DNA of 23,164 nt from a bacterium. Lineage in GTDB: Bacteria > Arandabacterota > Arandabacteria > Arandabacterales > JALGWA01. Each line of letters opens with the position of its first letter. Position 1 is the stretch's first letter. A program made the position numbers and the translations under genes. This document shows positions 19,012-23,164 of this stretch, piece by piece. The notes under the pieces were generated by a model. It did no database searches and was not told where the DNA came from. It saw only the letters and a program-made list of their open reading frames with translations. The DNA lies in contig JASFEA010000036.1 in NCBI GenBank assembly GCA_050125095.1, forward strand, positions 1-23,164, written 5' to 3'.

Positions 19012-20163
19012 ATGAATAAGATCTATCTGGCCTCGCTGGCGCTCCTGGCGGCCGTCGTCGTAATGAGCATAGCGGCTGGGCAGGCGCCGGGCTCTTCGCC
19101 GCCCCTGGGACTGCCGCCCGTGCCCGTACCTGAAGGCAATCCCCAGACTCCGGAAAAGGTGGCCCTCGGCGACAAGCTCTTCCATGACACGAGGTTCAGC
19201 TCAACCGGAGAAGTCAGCTGCGCGACCTGCCATGCCGCCGAGAAGGCGTTCACCGACAGCCCGCTCAAGACCTCCGAGGGCATCAACAAGCTCACAGGTA
19301 CCAGGAACGCGCCGACCGTCCTGAACTCGGCCTATATGACGACTCTTTTCTGGGACGGCCGTTCCCCGGACCTTGAGGACCAGTCCCAGCACCCGTTCGT
19401 TAATCCGGTCGAGATGGGCCTGGAGGACCACCGGCCGATCCTCGATGTCGTCCGGTCGGACCCAGAATACGTCGAGGCCTTCAAAGACGTCTTCGGTAAG
19501 AGCGCTGATGAGGTCGGCATGACGGAAGTCATGATGGCCATTGCCGCCTTCGAGCGAACCCTCATCGCGGGGGACTCGCCGTTCGACCATTACTATTTCA
19601 CCGGCAAGGCGAGCGCCCTGACCGAGCAGCAGAAGCGGGGGTTCGACATCTTCGTGAACAAGGGGCGCTGCGTGAGCTGCCACCGCATCGAGCAGACGCA
19701 GGCCGTCTTCACCGACAACCGTTTCCACAATATCGGCGTCGGGATCAACAGCATCCAGGACGATGTCCCCGAAATCGCAGGCGAGTTCCTGCGCGCCGAC
19801 GCCAGCCTCGCTGAAGTGGACATCCAGGTGCTCACAGACCCCAGGACTTCGGAGCTCGGGCGCTTCGTGGTGACGCACGGCTTCGACGGAGTGGGGGCCT
19901 TCAAGACTCCGACGCTCCGCAACATCGCGCTGACCGCGCCCTATATGCATGACGGAAGTATCGCCACATTGCGGGACGTGGTCGTTCATTACAACAACGG
20001 GGGAGTGACCAAAAAAGACGATCCGGTCAATGACTTCCTGAGCGGAGGCATCCGCCCGCTCAACCTGGCCGAAGAGGAGATCGACGACCTGGTCGCCTAT
20101 CTTGAGTCGCTTACCAGCGAGGAGTACGCCCATCTGGCGGGAGACGCCGGAAGCGGGAAATGA
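19012..20163 (+). CDS. Periplasmic diheme bCcP/MauG-family enzyme, MauG-like (His/Tyr heme)
   Basis: Sec-type signal peptide; CATCH and CVSCH heme motifs; RNAPT, FWDGR, NPVEM, FKTPTLRN and APYMHDG, followed by VVVHY. Confidence 0.9.
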   Translation: MNKIYLASLALLAAVVVMSIAAGQAPGSSPPLGLPPVPVPEGNPQTPEKVALGDKLFHDTRFSSTGEVSCATCHAAEKAFTDSPLKTSEGINKLTGTRNAPTVLNSAYMTTLFWDGRSPDLEDQSQHPFVNPVEMGLEDHRPILDVVRSDPEYVEAFKDVFGKSADEVGMTEVMMAIAAFERTLIAGDSPFDHYYFTGKASALTEQQKRGFDIFVNKGRCVSCHRIEQTQAVFTDNRFHNIGVGINSIQDDVPEIAGEFLRADASLAEVDIQVLTDPRTSELGRFVVTHGFDGVGAFKTPTLRNIALTAPYMHDGSIATLRDVVVHYNNGGVTKKDDPVNDFLSGGIRPLNLAEEEIDDLVAYLESLTSEEYAHLAGDAGSGK

Positions 20164-20174
20164 AGGAGGCAGCC

Positions 20175-21245
20175 ATGAGCAATCAAACACGACGTGAGTT
20201 TTTGAGGACGGCGGGTGCGATCGCTGCTGCGAGCTGCCTGCCTATGACCGCGGTCGAGATGGCCTTCGCGGACAAGAGCAAGAACTTCACCTTTGCGCAC
20301 ATATCCGACGCGCACATCCAGCACATAAAGGGCGCCGAATTCGTGCGGAACTGGGACAGGGGCCTTATCCGGGCGGTTGCCGAGGCCAACCTCCTGGAGC
20401 CCAAGCCCGACTTCGTGGTGTTCGGAGGCGACCTGGCGCAGCTGGGCAAGAAGTCAGAGCTGGATCACGGTGCAGAGATGCTCTCCAAGCTCAACTACAA
20501 GACGTACTGCGTGATGGGCGAGCATGACTACTATCTCGACCTGGGCGAATACTGGTCGAAGCTCTTCGGCGACCACTACTACAGCTGGGATCACAAGGGA
20601 GTCCACTTCGTCGTGCTCAACAGCATATTGACCTACGACGAGTGGACCCACGAGCGCTGGCCTACCGCAGAGCAGCGCATGCTGGAGATGGCCGGGCTTG
20701 ACAATCCCAACGGTTCGCCATTCATGGTGGGCGAGAAGCAGCGCAAGTGGCTCGAGAAGGACCTCGAGAAGGTCTCCAAAGACACGCCCGTGGTCGTCTT
20801 CTCCCACTCGCCCATTCAGAAGATCTATGCCGGCTGGAATTTCTGGACGGAGGACGCCGAAGAGGTTCAGGCGCTGCTCAAGCCCTTCGATGACGTCACT
20901 GTTGTCTACGGTCACGTCCACCAGATTCAGTATAACCAGATCGGAAATATCAGTTTCAACGCGGTCATGGCGACAGCCTGGCCATGGCCGTACCCCGAGA
21001 GCTATGTCCACGCCGACGTCAAGTGGCCCAATATGACGGTGCCGATGAACCGCGCGGACCCGTTCTTCGAGAGGGACGCAACGGGGTGGCAGATGGTCGA
21101 CCTAGACAGAGGGCGCGTTGGACTGCGCTATAACCTCTACGACAACACCGACCGCACCGTCGCGTATAACCGCGACACCGGGCGCCCCGAGGACATGGAC
21201 TTTCAGGACGAGGCGGACAGGGTCCCGCCGCAGACCCATTACTAA
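20175..21245 (+). CDS. Tat-exported calcineurin-like metallophosphoesterase
   Basis: TRREFLR twin-arginine signal; SDAH, GGDL, GEHD, FSH and GHVH metal motifs. AAGGAGG RBS precedes ATG 20175. Confidence 0.88.
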   Translation: MSNQTRREFLRTAGAIAAASCLPMTAVEMAFADKSKNFTFAHISDAHIQHIKGAEFVRNWDRGLIRAVAEANLLEPKPDFVVFGGDLAQLGKKSELDHGAEMLSKLNYKTYCVMGEHDYYLDLGEYWSKLFGDHYYSWDHKGVHFVVLNSILTYDEWTHERWPTAEQRMLEMAGLDNPNGSPFMVGEKQRKWLEKDLEKVSKDTPVVVFSHSPIQKIYAGWNFWTEDAEEVQALLKPFDDVTVVYGHVHQIQYNQIGNISFNAVMATAWPWPYPESYVHADVKWPNMTVPMNRADPFFERDATGWQMVDLDRGRVGLRYNLYDNTDRTVAYNRDTGRPEDMDFQDEADRVPPQTHY

Positions 21246-21256
21246 AGGAGAGACCG

Positions 21257-21670
21257 ATGAGATATAAGATCGCGGGTTTGGTGGTCGTGGCGGCTGTCCT
21301 GGCTCTGGTCATAGGACGAGTTGCGACCCGGGCCGATGAGTTCACCGAGGAGGACCTGAAGCGTTGGGAGTCCGAGTTCATGAGCGTCGTCAAGGATGGC
21401 CGCGAACTGTGGGTGAGTGCCGAGCTCGGGACCAACGGAGTGGCCTGCGCCCAGTGCCATCCCAATGCCGCTAACACGCATCCGGAGACCTACCCCAAGT
21501 TTCAGCAGCAGCTGGGTCGCGTTGTCGCCTTCCGCGAGATGATTAACTGGTGCATTTTGAATCCCCTTGAGGGAGAGCCGCTGGAGCTGGACGAATACCG
21601 GATGATAGCCATGGAGGCCTACGCGACTTATGAACGCCGCGGGGTGCCACTGGCTCCAGGCAAGCATTAG
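21257..21670 (+). CDS. Small exported monoheme cytochrome c, SoxA/TsdA-domain-like
   Basis: Signal peptide, CAQCH, then YPKF…GRVV…REMINWCILNPLEGEPL…MIAMEAY. AAGGAG RBS. Confidence 0.85.
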   Translation: MRYKIAGLVVVAAVLALVIGRVATRADEFTEEDLKRWESEFMSVVKDGRELWVSAELGTNGVACAQCHPNAANTHPETYPKFQQQLGRVVAFREMINWCILNPLEGEPLELDEYRMIAMEAYATYERRGVPLAPGKH

Positions 21671-21703
21671 GCGCGTTGGGGGGGGAATCGTTAGGGCCGG
21701 AGA

Positions 21704-21736
21704 CAGAGTTCCCCGCCGGTTCCGGGGGGGACTCTG
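21704..21736 (+). terminator. GC-rich hairpin after the cytochrome gene (possible terminator)
   Basis: CAGAGTTCCCC…GGGGGACTCTG inverted repeat with no clear U-tract. Confidence 0.45.
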
Positions 21737-21750
21737 ATCATGCCGGCGAC

Positions 21751-21779
21751 TTGACAAGTGCGATCCGGATGTTAGTAAT
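21751..21779 (+). promoter_or_regulatory. Probable sigma70 promoter for perR
   Basis: Perfect TTGACA at 21751-21756 and an AT-rich TAGTAAT at 21773-21779, just before ATG 21785. Confidence 0.5.
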
Positions 21780-21784
21780 AGAAT

Positions 21785-22225
21785 ATGAAGACTCGACGCA
21801 AAAGAGACCTTAACCCCGACATTAGAGCTGCGCTCAGGAAAAAGGGTCTCAAGGTAACGCCGCAGCGCGAAGTGGTCTATGACGAGCTTTTGAGGTCAGG
21901 AACGCATCCGACCGCCGAGCAGCTCCACTCGAAAGTGAAGAAGCGCCTGCCCAATGTATCTATGGACACGGTTTACCGCACTCTGCTGACCTTGGTAGAA
22001 ATAGGGCTGGCAGATGTCGTGGAGGGCGAAGGCAGCCCGCGCCGTTACGACCCCGAGACGAAGGCGCATCATCACGTTCATTGCGTGAAGTGCGGGGCCA
22101 TAAAGGACTTCTTAAGCTCCGAGTTCGATGCCCTCGAGACCCCCAAAGACATCAGGAAGAGCTTCGAGGTCCTCGGCAAGAGGGTGGTAATCAGCGGAAT
22201 CTGCAGCCGTTGCCGGGGTAAGTGA
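21785..22225 (+). CDS. perR: Fur-family regulator, PerR-like
   Basis: KVTPQR, HPTAE, TVYRTL and RYD…HHHVHCVKCG…D…CSRC. The Asp/His/His/Asp regulatory site and 4-Cys Zn site are as in PerR. Confidence 0.8.
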   Translation: MKTRRKRDLNPDIRAALRKKGLKVTPQREVVYDELLRSGTHPTAEQLHSKVKKRLPNVSMDTVYRTLLTLVEIGLADVVEGEGSPRRYDPETKAHHHVHCVKCGAIKDFLSSEFDALETPKDIRKSFEVLGKRVVISGICSRCRGK

Positions 22226-22313
22226 CCGGAAGGACCTCCCTGCTCTGTTTGCTGTTGTGTCCTGCTGTGTTTCATTGTATTTCTATAGAGTAGATTCAAA
22301 GCAAGGAGAAAGC

Positions 22314-22730
22314 GTGAACATCAAAGGCACTTCCAGAGAGATAGGCAAAGAGACCACGAACGAGATCTGCAGCCAGTGCCCCTCGCTGTGCTGCAAGAAC
22401 CTGAGCATGATGATTTACCGGCCCGAGAACCGTTCCGAGGTGGAGGATCTCAAGTGGCAGCTCCGGTTCGACACTGTGAGCGTATACATAAGGAGCCACA
22501 GGTGGTACCTCTTAATTGAAGGCAGGTGTATGTATCTGGCCGATGACGGCAGGTGCCTGGAATACGACGGACGCCCGGACAAGTGCCGCCGGCACAATCC
22601 CCCGGATTGCGAGTTCTTCGGCGAGTTCTATGACGTGATGATTGAGACGCCCGAAGAGCTGGAGGATTACCTCAACAAGAAGAAAAAAAGGAAGAAGAAG
22701 CGGGCCGGGCGCCTTAAGAAAGCTGCATAG
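22314..22730 (+). CDS. YkgJ-family (CxxCxxCC) cysteine-cluster protein
   Basis: CSQCPSLCC…CMYL…CLEY…RPDKCR…C and a Lys-rich tail. AAGGAG RBS precedes GTG 22314. Confidence 0.8.
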   Translation: MNIKGTSREIGKETTNEICSQCPSLCCKNLSMMIYRPENRSEVEDLKWQLRFDTVSVYIRSHRWYLLIEGRCMYLADDGRCLEYDGRPDKCRRHNPPDCEFFGEFYDVMIETPEELEDYLNKKKKRKKKRAGRLKKAA

Positions 22731-22744
22731 CGCAGAACCCGGCT

Positions 22745-23164
22745 TCAGTGTTTTCCGAATCCCCCGGGCCTCGGCAGCCACCTGGGGACCTGCTCCGTGT
22801 ACTCCGAATACTCCTCGCCGAACCTCTCCGTGAGCTGCACCTCTTCATAAGCCGAGATACGGTCATAGAATATGAAGATGATCACCCAGAGTATCAGCGA
22901 GGCCAGGGACATGGTGAGTACAATGAGGCCGAGATAGATGAGGATGTTCGAGAGATAAAGGGGGTGCCGGATATGTGAAAATACCCCCGACTTGATCACG
23001 CTCGGCGGCTCGCGGACCTCGCCGAAGACGGTCCGGTGGCCCCTGACTGCCAGGTATATGCCCATAAAGACGAGGAGCGCGGCGACGGGTATTCTTAGGT
23101 ATAGCGGGACGCTTGCCGCTGGAAACGTGGTCAGCTTCAGCCAGAATGAGTCGATTGCCCAAAC
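22745..23164 (-). CDS. Isoprenylcysteine carboxyl methyltransferase (ICMT/PEMT) family membrane protein; 5' end truncated by the window
   Basis: GVFSHIRHPLY and YEE…FGEEYSEY…VPRW motifs. The frame stays open to the window end (VWAIDSFWLK…). Confidence 0.82.
   Translation of the reverse strand, partial: VWAIDSFWLKLTTFPAASVPLYLRIPVAALLVFMGIYLAVRGHRTVFGEVREPPSVIKSGVFSHIRHPLYLSNILIYLGLIVLTMSLASLILWVIIFIFYDRISAYEEVQLTERFGEEYSEYTEQVPRWLPRPGGFGKH

Noticed and set aside
21242-21757. 171-aa minus-strand ORF
   Set aside because: It is antisense to the cytochrome c gene, which has an RBS, signal peptide and CxxCH.
1-23164. CRISPR array, IS/integrase, tRNA/rRNA, cobalamin riboswitch
   Set aside because: I saw no repeat-spacer array, transposase or integrase motifs, or recognisable structured RNA by eye. 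A covariance-model scan was not possible.

Overview
A GC-rich bacterial window, probably from an anaerobe, with 22 supportable CDSs (the first and last are cut by the window edges). I saw no RNA genes, mobile elements or CRISPR arrays. In order: (1) an acyl-CoA operon with a two-subunit B12 mutase carrying isobutyryl-CoA mutase (ICM) specificity residues, an acyl-CoA dehydrogenase, an unexpected Zn-type MtaA/URO-D methyltransferase-like gene, a thiolase and Hbd, ending at a terminator; (2) a membrane Ser/Thr kinase with TPRs plus a small orphan protein; (3) a CPA2 antiporter with a PTS-EIIA/PII-like fusion protein, a membrane protein and a serine hydrolase; (4) an etfB-etfA-hdrA-hdrD-like operon with no mvhD; (5) a divergent three-gene periplasmic operon made of a MauG-type diheme enzyme, a Tat-exported Trp-rich metallophosphoesterase and a SoxA/TsdA-like His/Cys monoheme cytochrome, with a PerR-type palindrome inside its promoter and perR just downstream; (6) a YkgJ cysteine-cluster protein and an ICMT-family membrane methyltransferase. 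Block 5 is the best candidate for an undescribed system. All family calls come from motif recognition by eye, with no database search.
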